From the NCBI GenBank assembly GCA_964404925.1, contig CAYOLW010000001.1, positions 2,106 to 66,105 on the forward strand: 64,000 nt of DNA, given 5' to 3'. The notes beneath the pieces were generated by a model. That model saw only the letters and a list, made by a program, of their open reading frames with translations, was not told where the DNA came from and ran no database searches. The position numbers and the translations under genes are program-made. This DNA is from an uncultured Candidatus Saccharibacteria bacterium. Its GTDB lineage: Bacteria > Patescibacteriota > Minisyncoccia > Phycocordibacterales > UBA9973. The first letter of the stretch is position 1. Every line of letters starts with the position of its first letter. Shown piece after piece: positions 1-7,856 of the stretch.

Positions 1-378
1 GAAGATTATAAAAGGTATGTTGAGCCATATTTCACAGGAGACTATGCTGAGTTTTTATTTGTATCTCGTGATAAAGTCAGCACGGATGCGTTTGACGTAG
101 AAGAATGCATAAAAAAAATGGCTCCAGAAATGCTTGAAGTGGCACGTAAACAAGAAACAGAATTATTGTCTTATATAAGCAGTAATACAAAGAAGATTGC
201 TGATAGATCTAAGAAACTATTAGACTTATACAAAAAACCTGGCAACGAAGCAGAGATAAATAGAGTTCAAAATGAAATCGATTCAGACCGAGGAATAATT
301 GAAGGCCAAAAAGAAGAGTTGAAGGCAGTGCGAAAGAGAATTGCAGTGATAGAAAAAATATTAAGCGCAAAAAGCTAG
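1..378 (+). CDS. Hypothetical coiled-coil protein, 5'-truncated at the window edge. The frame is open from position 1 and the listed ATG at 118 is internal.
   Basis: Frame 1 has no stop from 1 to 378. The C-terminal 86 aa are predicted helical and charged. Confidence 0.4.
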   Translation, partial: EDYKRYVEPYFTGDYAEFLFVSRDKVSTDAFDVEECIKKMAPEMLEVARKQETELLSYISSNTKKIADRSKKLLDLYKKPGNEAEINRVQNEIDSDRGIIEGQKEELKAVRKRIAVIEKILSAKS

Positions 379-379
379 T

Positions 380-408
380 TTGACAAAATATGTTTTTTAC
401 AGTATAAT
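380..408 (+). promoter_or_regulatory. Consensus sigma70-type promoter with TTGACA, a 17-bp spacer and TATAAT, upstream of the 491 gene.
   Basis: TTGACA at 380-385, a 17-nt spacer, and TATAAT at 403-408, all seen directly in the sequence. Confidence 0.55.
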
Positions 409-490
409 ATATATTATTCTGTAACTTAATTGGTTTTGTATCTAAATAATTATAAAATAGTTAGTAATATTAATTAATAATAAAAGTACT

Positions 491-2974
491 ATGTTTGGAT
501 TTAACTTTAACAAAAAAGCTAACAACCCACCCAACCCACCAATAGATCCTGATAAAATGAGCAGGAAGCAGAAAGAATCTGCTGCACGTGAGATATTTAA
601 TCAACAAACAGCAACTGAAATACTGGCGCTGATTGAAGCAGAAGAGAAGCCAGCAGGTACACCTCGCCGCAAGGCAATAAGCATAGAGAGGAAAAACGAA
701 ATTACTCGTGAGCATTTTAATAAAAGAAGAGCTGAATTTGATGCACAACTAAAAGAAACACTGGACGGAGATACGAGAAAGGCCCTCGAAAAAACAATGG
801 ATTGGTGGGATGGTCTAGATGAATCGAAAGGAGGAAAGGCACTTAAAATTGGTATTAGCACAACTGTTGTTGTGGGTGGAACCATAGGAGCAGGTGCTGC
901 TTTGGGTATATCACCTGGGCCACTAGGCGCAGCCAGGAAAATACTAACTAGAGTTGGTTTGTCTGTGGCAGCTAATATGATGATGACATCCAATATCCCA
1001 GGACGAATTAAAGAATTATTCAATGGAGATCCAGCACATTCAACCCCAGGACATACACCAGATGAAGGGTGGCTCAAAAAAAATTACAAAAAATTACTGG
1101 TTGGCGGCACAGTGGTAACAATATACATAATGAGTGGACCACTTATGGCTGCGGTATCTGGTGCAGGAATTGCACTCAAGGAAGCTACTAAGAGAATCTA
1201 TGACCATTATATAAAGAAACAAAAAGAACTATCCGAGAAAAAACTCGAGTTGGTGAAAAACGGCTTTACCATAGAAGAAGCTGCTTTTGAAGTGAACAAG
1301 CGAACTCGTAATCCTATAGACATAAAAGTTCTGATTGGAAAACTCGATGAGATGAACAAAGAGTATGATGCTTTTGCCAAAGCAGCTGCTAGTGTAAAAA
1401 CACTGGAAAGACTCAAAGAAGTAACCAACATGGCAGAAACGATGGCGGCCGGTCTCGGAAGTATGGAAATCCATGCTACTGAGTTAGATAAAGTTACTAC
1501 AAGCGATTTAATGCATGGCAGACTAGAACACCAACCACCTCTAGGTGAAGCAAAAGCAGAGGGGGGAGAGAGTGGTAATGTAAAAGCAGAAGGAGAGCTA
1601 AAGGAAAAAAATACAGATAATAACACAAACACACAAGACAATTCTTCTCAAGATGCATTGGCTAAAGCTCGTGCTGATTTAGAAGAAGCTAAAAAAGAAC
1701 TTGAAGAAGCTAACAAAGGTGAGGATAAATCTATATTAGAAAAAGCGGAAGAAAAACTAAAAAATGCAAAAAATGCAGTAGAAAACTTGGCTGAAAAAGC
1801 AAAGAATTCAATTGATAAGACTGTTGAATCTTTAACTCAAGATGAGATAAGGAACATGACTCATGCTGACAATACTGTAGAGGTTAGTTCAAGAGGTGCA
1901 GTAGCTACACTAAATGAACTAAAAGAAAAAATTAAATTACAGTATAAAGACCTAGATAAAGCACCAGAAGAAATACAAGAATTCGTAAAAGGTAAATCAA
2001 TTGAACAAGCTAAAGAATTAGGATTCTATAAACCTGATGAGGTTGCAGAAAGTGCAAACATCCTAAAAGGATCAACTCTATCTATCAATGAAAAAGGTGA
2101 ATTGGTTCTACACGATGCTCGAGATGGAAAATTCATAGTAATAGACGAAGACCATCCATATGGTGGCAAGTTTGGAGACTATATGCACGAAAGAGTTGCA
2201 GTAGGTGGAGGACGTACTGGTGGTTATGACGCACCAGAATTTGTAGGCAACATGCAAGACAACGGATATACGGAACATGATTTTAAAGATCTAGGAGAAG
2301 AGGTAGATTTATATGCAGATGTTCCAGATTTCAAAGAATACATAACAAACTATATCAGAGGAGACTATACAGGAACACCTATGGCTGAATTAGGCGACAC
2401 GTACCGTGAATTGTTGAATAGCGACAAGGATAATGACTTGCCATCACTAGACGAATTGAAGGGTATGACCACAGCAGAAGTTTATAAGAGTATGAAGAAC
2501 ATTGAAAACAATACAGCTTTTGGTGCTGAGCCGGGTGATCAACAGTTTGACTATGAAATCGAAGAAGCACCCGAAAGGATCGAAGTAGACGCTGCTCGCG
2601 TACCACTAAGTAAAAATCCATACGAACTATCAGAAGAACAGCTAAGATCAGCTAATTCCTTGTACGCTAAATTAATAGACCAACTACCGGAAAAAACTGA
2701 GGAAATTTGGAATGAAAGTTTAAAAAATTCCAACGCAACAATTTTAATTCATGGACAAGATGTTGCTAACAATGCACCAGAATTAGCTGGACCAGTAGCA
2801 GCAATTAAATTCCTGTATAATGTAACAGGCCTTGAACCAGCACAACAAACAGATGTGTTAAATCCAGCAGAAACAAATGAACACTATGTGCAACGAGCTA
2901 TACATTATGCTTTTAAAAATGGTTTAAGCATAGAAGGTTTAGAGAGAGCTGGTTTTAGAGAGATTGAGAAATAA
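491..2974 (+). CDS. Large hypothetical membrane-associated coiled-coil protein (827 aa).
   Basis: The N-terminal region is Pro/Asn-rich. Two Gly/Ala-rich hydrophobic segments lie at about aa 115-160 and aa 200-225. A long Lys/Glu-rich helical region follows, with KAEG and EEAKKELEEA repeats, then a globular C-terminus. I do not recognise a family. Confidence 0.5.
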   Translation: MFGFNFNKKANNPPNPPIDPDKMSRKQKESAAREIFNQQTATEILALIEAEEKPAGTPRRKAISIERKNEITREHFNKRRAEFDAQLKETLDGDTRKALEKTMDWWDGLDESKGGKALKIGISTTVVVGGTIGAGAALGISPGPLGAARKILTRVGLSVAANMMMTSNIPGRIKELFNGDPAHSTPGHTPDEGWLKKNYKKLLVGGTVVTIYIMSGPLMAAVSGAGIALKEATKRIYDHYIKKQKELSEKKLELVKNGFTIEEAAFEVNKRTRNPIDIKVLIGKLDEMNKEYDAFAKAAASVKTLERLKEVTNMAETMAAGLGSMEIHATELDKVTTSDLMHGRLEHQPPLGEAKAEGGESGNVKAEGELKEKNTDNNTNTQDNSSQDALAKARADLEEAKKELEEANKGEDKSILEKAEEKLKNAKNAVENLAEKAKNSIDKTVESLTQDEIRNMTHADNTVEVSSRGAVATLNELKEKIKLQYKDLDKAPEEIQEFVKGKSIEQAKELGFYKPDEVAESANILKGSTLSINEKGELVLHDARDGKFIVIDEDHPYGGKFGDYMHERVAVGGGRTGGYDAPEFVGNMQDNGYTEHDFKDLGEEVDLYADVPDFKEYITNYIRGDYTGTPMAELGDTYRELLNSDKDNDLPSLDELKGMTTAEVYKSMKNIENNTAFGAEPGDQQFDYEIEEAPERIEVDAARVPLSKNPYELSEEQLRSANSLYAKLIDQLPEKTEEIWNESLKNSNATILIHGQDVANNAPELAGPVAAIKFLYNVTGLEPAQQTDVLNPAETNEHYVQRAIHYAFKNGLSIEGLERAGFREIEK

Positions 2975-3005
2975 AAAATCTAATTATTAATTATTAATTA
3001 TCTAT

Positions 3006-3326
3006 ATGAACACACAAAACGCACAAAGTGCAATAAGGAACAACATAATAAGTTTATTTGGTATCGACACACTACCAGAAGAAAAACAAGAAGAGGTTAT
3101 AAGTAAAATCGGTAAAATGATTTTTCAAGCTGTTTTGATGAGGGTGCTACCAATGCTTGAAGAAGAAGACCTAAAATCCTATGATGAATTAGTGGCAACT
3201 AAACCAGGACCAGACGAATTAATGGGCTTCCTATTAGATAAAGTCCCTGAATTCCTAGACATAGTAGCAGAAGAATCAGAGAATTTTAGATCAGATGCTG
3301 AAGCAGTCATAAAACAAGTTAACTAA
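3006..3326 (+). CDS. Hypothetical small acidic protein (106 aa).
   Basis: The ORF is followed directly by a rho-independent terminator. Confidence 0.4.
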   Translation: MNTQNAQSAIRNNIISLFGIDTLPEEKQEEVISKIGKMIFQAVLMRVLPMLEEEDLKSYDELVATKPGPDELMGFLLDKVPEFLDIVAEESENFRSDAEAVIKQVN

Positions 3327-3330
3327 ACTA

Positions 3331-3358
3331 AAAACCCCGGGCAACCGGGGTTTTTAGT
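3331..3358 (+). terminator. Rho-independent terminator.
   Basis: The hairpin aaaaccccgg-gcaa-ccggggtttt is followed by a T-run. Confidence 0.7.
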
Positions 3359-3376
3359 TTGTGCTATATTTAGTGG

Positions 3377-5422
3377 ATGCAACACTTAGAAGGACTGAAC
3401 CCTAAACAAAAAGAAGCGGCATCTCATGTGTCTGGACCACTTCTTATCGTAGCTGGAGCTGGTGCAGGTAAAACCAAAACTATAGTACACAGAATTGTTA
3501 ATCTGGTTAAACAAGGCGTGAAACCCGAAGAAATACTGGCTGTGACTTTCACCAACAAGGCTGCTAAAGAAATGCGGGAAAGAGTGGAAAAAGAATTTCA
3601 CAAAAATGCCAGTGAACAGAGTGGTGTGCCGTTTGTTTCAACGTTTCATTCTCTCGGAGTGTTTATCATCAAAGAAAATGCCCCTATGCTGGGGCTTACG
3701 AAACATTTTTCTATATTAGATGAGGGTGATAGCGTTTCACTGGTGAAAGAAATAGTTAAAGAATTCGGTATTGATCCAAAACAGTATGACCCAAAAAAGA
3801 TTAAGGGAATTATTTCACGAGAAAAGGGTAAGTTTGTTAATCAAAGTGATTATGCTGAAAAAGCACTTAACCACGCCGGTGGGCGGGCAGGTTTCGGCAG
3901 CGGTATTGAAAATATTGTCGCCCGTGTTTGGGAAAAATATGAAAGCAAAAAGAAAGCAGAAAATTCATTGGATTTTGATGACCTATTAGTGAAGGCAACA
4001 GAACTACTGATTAATCATGAGGATATACGAGAACGCTACCAAAATAGATGGCAATATGTGCATATCGATGAGTATCAGGATACAAACGAAGTGCAGTACA
4101 GACTTTCAAAAATATTGGCTGAAAAAAATAAAAATATTTGTGTAGTAGGTGATGCTGATCAGAATATTTATTCTTGGCGTGGAGCAAACTTAAAAAATAT
4201 TTTGAGTTTTGAACGCGACTATAAAGATGCAAAAGTTGTACTGCTCGAAGAGAATTATCGTTCAACGCAAAACATATTAGCTGCCGCAAATGAAATAATT
4301 GAGAAGAATCAATTCCGTCCAGAAAAAAATCTTTTTACCAAAAATGAGGAAGGGGAGAAGATATCAATGTATGAAGCGCTAGATGAATCAGACGAGGCAG
4401 AATTTGTGGCAACAAAAATTTTGGAGTTATTAGACGAAGGAAAGCTTAGAGATTTTTCGAGTGGTCTGGTTGAGGGCGCACAGCACAAAGACACAAGCGC
4501 GCCCGACCCAAGGACCCGAGAAAAATCTGCTAAGCTTTCCGAAGTCGCTATCTTGTACAGAGCAAATTTTCAGTCACGAATTTTAGAAGAATCCATGCTA
4601 CGGTACAACATTCCATACCAAGTGCTGGGAGTAAAGTTCTTTGAACGTAAAGAAATAAAAGACACACTAGCCTACCTACGCGCAGCACTCAATCCTGAAA
4701 GTTTATCTGATATAAAAAGAATTATTAATTTCCCAGCTCGAGGAATTGGTAAAGCCAGTTTAGCAAAAATTTTTGCTGGACAGAAAAATGATTTGCCAAT
4801 TAAAATGCAAATTAAACTGCAGAACTTTTATGAACTTCTAGAAGACATCAAAAATGCAATTTTAGAAAACAAAGTTTCAGAGGTTATTAAATATGTAATT
4901 AAAAAGTCTGGGATAGAGGCAGAGTTGCTGGAAGGAGGAGATGAAGAAATGGAGAGACTTGAGAACATTAAAGAATTGGCAACACTTGCACTCAAGTACG
5001 ATAATCTGGAAAACGGATTAGGTGTTGAGAAATTACTTGAGGATGCAGCACTGGCAAGTGACCAAGATTCATTAATAATTAACCGGGAGCAAAAACAAGA
5101 AGTGAATGCGGTTAAACTAATGACTGTCCACGCAGCTAAAGGATTGGAGTTTGATTATGTTTTTATCGTAGGACTAGAGGATGGACTGTTCCCAAACCAA
5201 CGTGCTGGAGAAGTAAAAAACGGAGAGGATGCTGAAGAAGAACGTCGATTGTTTTATGTGGCACTTACTCGGGCTCGAAAAAAAGTATATTTATCTTTTG
5301 CAAACTACCGTACCATATTTGGCTCAAGACAGATCAATGCACCGTCCGAATTCCTCAGTGATATATCACAAGATTTAATCCAAAGAGAACGTGGTAATAT
5401 ATTAAAGACAATATATTTGTAA
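3377..5422 (+). CDS. uvrD: ATP-dependent DNA helicase of the UvrD/PcrA/Rep family.
   Basis: Walker A GAGAGKTKT is near the N-terminus. UvrD-family motifs include TFTNKAAKEM, the DEYQDTN Walker B/DExx motif, VGDADQNIYSWRGA, LEENYRST and the C-terminal VALTRARKKVYLS. Confidence 0.85.
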   Translation: MQHLEGLNPKQKEAASHVSGPLLIVAGAGAGKTKTIVHRIVNLVKQGVKPEEILAVTFTNKAAKEMRERVEKEFHKNASEQSGVPFVSTFHSLGVFIIKENAPMLGLTKHFSILDEGDSVSLVKEIVKEFGIDPKQYDPKKIKGIISREKGKFVNQSDYAEKALNHAGGRAGFGSGIENIVARVWEKYESKKKAENSLDFDDLLVKATELLINHEDIRERYQNRWQYVHIDEYQDTNEVQYRLSKILAEKNKNICVVGDADQNIYSWRGANLKNILSFERDYKDAKVVLLEENYRSTQNILAAANEIIEKNQFRPEKNLFTKNEEGEKISMYEALDESDEAEFVATKILELLDEGKLRDFSSGLVEGAQHKDTSAPDPRTREKSAKLSEVAILYRANFQSRILEESMLRYNIPYQVLGVKFFERKEIKDTLAYLRAALNPESLSDIKRIINFPARGIGKASLAKIFAGQKNDLPIKMQIKLQNFYELLEDIKNAILENKVSEVIKYVIKKSGIEAELLEGGDEEMERLENIKELATLALKYDNLENGLGVEKLLEDAALASDQDSLIINREQKQEVNAVKLMTVHAAKGLEFDYVFIVGLEDGLFPNQRAGEVKNGEDAEEERRLFYVALTRARKKVYLSFANYRTIFGSRQINAPSEFLSDISQDLIQRERGNILKTIYL

Positions 5423-5431
5423 TATTCACCG

Positions 5432-5536
5432 CACGAGATATAAATCTTTTCACGGTACGAAGTTTTTGAAGCTTAAAAACTTCTGCAACGCTCGGCCCGT
5501 CGGCCTCGCGACCCCTAAAAAAGATTATATCTCGTG
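5432..5536 (+). ncRNA. Structured intergenic element, copy A (~105 nt). It has a long outer stem with a single bulge and an inner hairpin, and it ends 11 nt before the rsmA start codon.
   Basis: The outer arms cacgagatataaatctttt and aaaagattatatctcgtg are complementary. The inner hairpin is gaagttttt-gaagctt-aaaaacttc. The second copy at 42573..42675 carries compensatory substitutions in both stems. Confidence 0.5.
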
Positions 5537-5547
5537 CAATAAACCAA

Positions 5548-6336
5548 ATGCATAAAGCAAAAAAATCACTTGGGCAAAATTTTCTTAAATCGGAAGCGGC
5601 CTTACGCGCAATAATTGAAGCTGGAGAAATAAAAAATACTGACACTATTCTCGAGATAGGACCTGGTAAGGGTGCCCTCACAGAGAGACTACTGGAAAAA
5701 GCAGGGAAGGTACTTGCTGTTGAGAAAGATCAAGATTTGATTTTATTCTTGCAAGAAAAATTTAGTGAGGAAATAAAAACCAAAAAACTAATTTTAATAG
5801 AAGGAGATATTTTAGATATAGAAATAAAAGAAAATAAATATAAAGTTATTGCCAATATCCCATACAACATCACCGGTGCAATTTTAAAAAAGTTTTTGTC
5901 TGGAGATAGTCAGCCAGAATTAATGGTTCTTTTAGTGCAGAAAGAAGTGGCAGAGAGAATTGTAACTAGAGATGGTAAAGAAAGCTTGCTTTCTATATCG
6001 GTCAAAGCGTACGGAGAACCCAAGTACATAACCAAGGTAGCCGCCAGGTATTTTAGCCCAGCACCAAAGGTAGACTCAGCTGTGATAAAAATAAGCAATA
6101 TTTCAAAAAATATTTTTACACAAGGAAAGGTTAGCGAACAAGTGTTCTGGGAATTAGTGCGAGCTGGTTTCGCACACAAAAGGAAAAAGTTAATTGGCAA
6201 CCTAAAAACCAATGACAAAAGTACTAACTGGGAAAGAATTTTTGAAAAAACTGGAATCAAAATAGACATTAGACCAGAAAAAGTATCTGTGGAAGAATGG
6301 GTGGCTATTTGCATCAACAAAAATATTGGTAATTAA
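5548..6336 (+). CDS. rsmA: 16S rRNA (adenine1518/1519-N6)-dimethyltransferase RsmA/KsgA.
   Basis: The N-terminal KSLGQNFL motif and SAM-binding LEIGPGKGALT are present, along with the NIPYNIT motif. Length is typical at 262 aa. Confidence 0.9.
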   Translation: MHKAKKSLGQNFLKSEAALRAIIEAGEIKNTDTILEIGPGKGALTERLLEKAGKVLAVEKDQDLILFLQEKFSEEIKTKKLILIEGDILDIEIKENKYKVIANIPYNITGAILKKFLSGDSQPELMVLLVQKEVAERIVTRDGKESLLSISVKAYGEPKYITKVAARYFSPAPKVDSAVIKISNISKNIFTQGKVSEQVFWELVRAGFAHKRKKLIGNLKTNDKSTNWERIFEKTGIKIDIRPEKVSVEEWVAICINKNIGN

Positions 6337-6342
6337 AGGGTA

Positions 6343-6759
6343 TTGGGTTATAATTTGAACATGGAAAGGTTTTTACTTTTTATAGTTTTTGTTTCTTTGT
6401 GTTTTTTTGTCTTAAACCATCCAGTTTATGCTCTTGGCACAACTAAAGATTTCGCTGGGCAAATAATTGCAACCAAGGCAATACAAATCGATGCATTAGA
6501 AAAAGGAAATTATACTTGTGTTGTACCAGGCAAAACCATTCAAATTAAAAGTGTTGGAGTAACAGGATACCAACCAGGAGCTTATTTCATACCTTTTAAT
6601 TCACTTGCACGCTGGCGAAGTAACCTAAAAAGGGGAAAACAGATTTTGGGTCAATATAGTGGAAAATTCTCAATTGTGTGCACCTCAAAAACAGTTCCAC
6701 CAACAGTCCAAACCGTAATGCTGCCAATAGTAGGCATGCATGGAACCCCATCAAAATAA
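6343..6759 (+). CDS. Small secreted hypothetical protein (138 aa).
   Basis: A hydrophobic signal-peptide-like N-terminus (LLFIVFVSLCFFVLNHPVYALG) is present. This is the first gene of the co-directional cluster. Confidence 0.45.
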   Translation: MGYNLNMERFLLFIVFVSLCFFVLNHPVYALGTTKDFAGQIIATKAIQIDALEKGNYTCVVPGKTIQIKSVGVTGYQPGAYFIPFNSLARWRSNLKRGKQILGQYSGKFSIVCTSKTVPPTVQTVMLPIVGMHGTPSK

Positions 6760-6766
6760 TTATAAA

Positions 6767-7825
6767 ATGAATTTTTTAAAAAAAATAAAAAAAATTAGAA
6801 TTAGTAAAAGATACAAGAAATATCTACCTAGTAGTAATTTTATACGTGTAGTTGGTAGTGGTGCTGGTTTTATGTTTGTAGTCTTTCTTATCTTTGGATT
6901 CGGTAATAGTTCAAAGAATTTTTTTAACTCAAAAAAACCAATTTTCAATGAAAATACAACAGTAAGTAGCCTGCTCCAGACCGATACAGATAGTGATGGA
7001 GTTTATGATTGGGAAGAAGCACTGTGGGGAACTGATATTAACAAAAAAGCTTCTTTCAACGACATACCAGACTCTGTTTTTATAGAACAAAGAAAGAGCG
7101 CCTTAGGCGTTGAAGGAGAACAAAACAATAAAGTGTTAAATGAAACAGATCAGTTTGCTCGAGAATTCTTTGCTTCTTATTTAGCGCTCAAGACAGCTGG
7201 TCAAGACCAAGAGACAATTAACAAATTTAGCCAGTCTTTAGGTGAAAAGATTAATAACACCAAATTGGTTGATGTCTACAGCGAAGCAAATATAAAAACA
7301 GCACCAGACAATGATTTTGATGCAAAAAAAGACTATTACTTAATCATACAAGCAGCTTTTGAAAAATATAGAGAATTAGGAATTGGGGATGAATTAGATA
7401 TTGTAAATAAAGGACTTTTAAGTTATACACAAGGTCAAACAAAGGTTAATTATGATAGATTAAAAATGATCGGCCAACTCTACCAAGAATTTGCTAAAAT
7501 TGTTATAGATACAAAAGTACCAAAAAGCTACACTGAAGAACACTTGTCGATGGCTAACACAGCTCACAACACGGGTACTGCTGTTTTGTCTATGGCAAAT
7601 GTGATAGATGACCCATTAGTTGGTTTAACTGGACTAAATCAATATGATTTATATAGCGAGGATTTTATTATGTCTGTAAAAAACCTAGAAGATGATCTTT
7701 TAGAAGAAATTGAGTCAACATATGGTATTAATGAGTACAATACAACCAGCAACGAAGACACCGCAACGGAAAAAGACTATTCTAAATACCCAGATGAAGA
7801 AATTGATTATCTTGATGAAGAATAG
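6767..7825 (+). CDS. N-terminally membrane-anchored hypothetical protein with a very acidic C-terminus.
   Basis: I prefer the ATG at 6767 (MNFLKK) because it follows the upstream stop, whereas the listed 6740 start overlaps the previous gene. One transmembrane segment is GAGFMFVVFLIFGFG. The C-terminus is DEEIDYLDEE. Confidence 0.45.
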   Translation: MNFLKKIKKIRISKRYKKYLPSSNFIRVVGSGAGFMFVVFLIFGFGNSSKNFFNSKKPIFNENTTVSSLLQTDTDSDGVYDWEEALWGTDINKKASFNDIPDSVFIEQRKSALGVEGEQNNKVLNETDQFAREFFASYLALKTAGQDQETINKFSQSLGEKINNTKLVDVYSEANIKTAPDNDFDAKKDYYLIIQAAFEKYRELGIGDELDIVNKGLLSYTQGQTKVNYDRLKMIGQLYQEFAKIVIDTKVPKSYTEEHLSMANTAHNTGTAVLSMANVIDDPLVGLTGLNQYDLYSEDFIMSVKNLEDDLLEEIESTYGINEYNTTSNEDTATEKDYSKYPDEEIDYLDEE

Positions 7826-7856
7826 GTGTTTTCGGTTATAAAATTTATAAGTTATA

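Noticed and set aside
601-2733. Several 60-158-aa minus-strand ORFs inside the 827-aa gene.
   Set aside because: They have Ser/Leu/Phe-rich mirror-frame composition typical of antisense frames of Lys/Glu-rich coiled-coil genes, with no independent signals.
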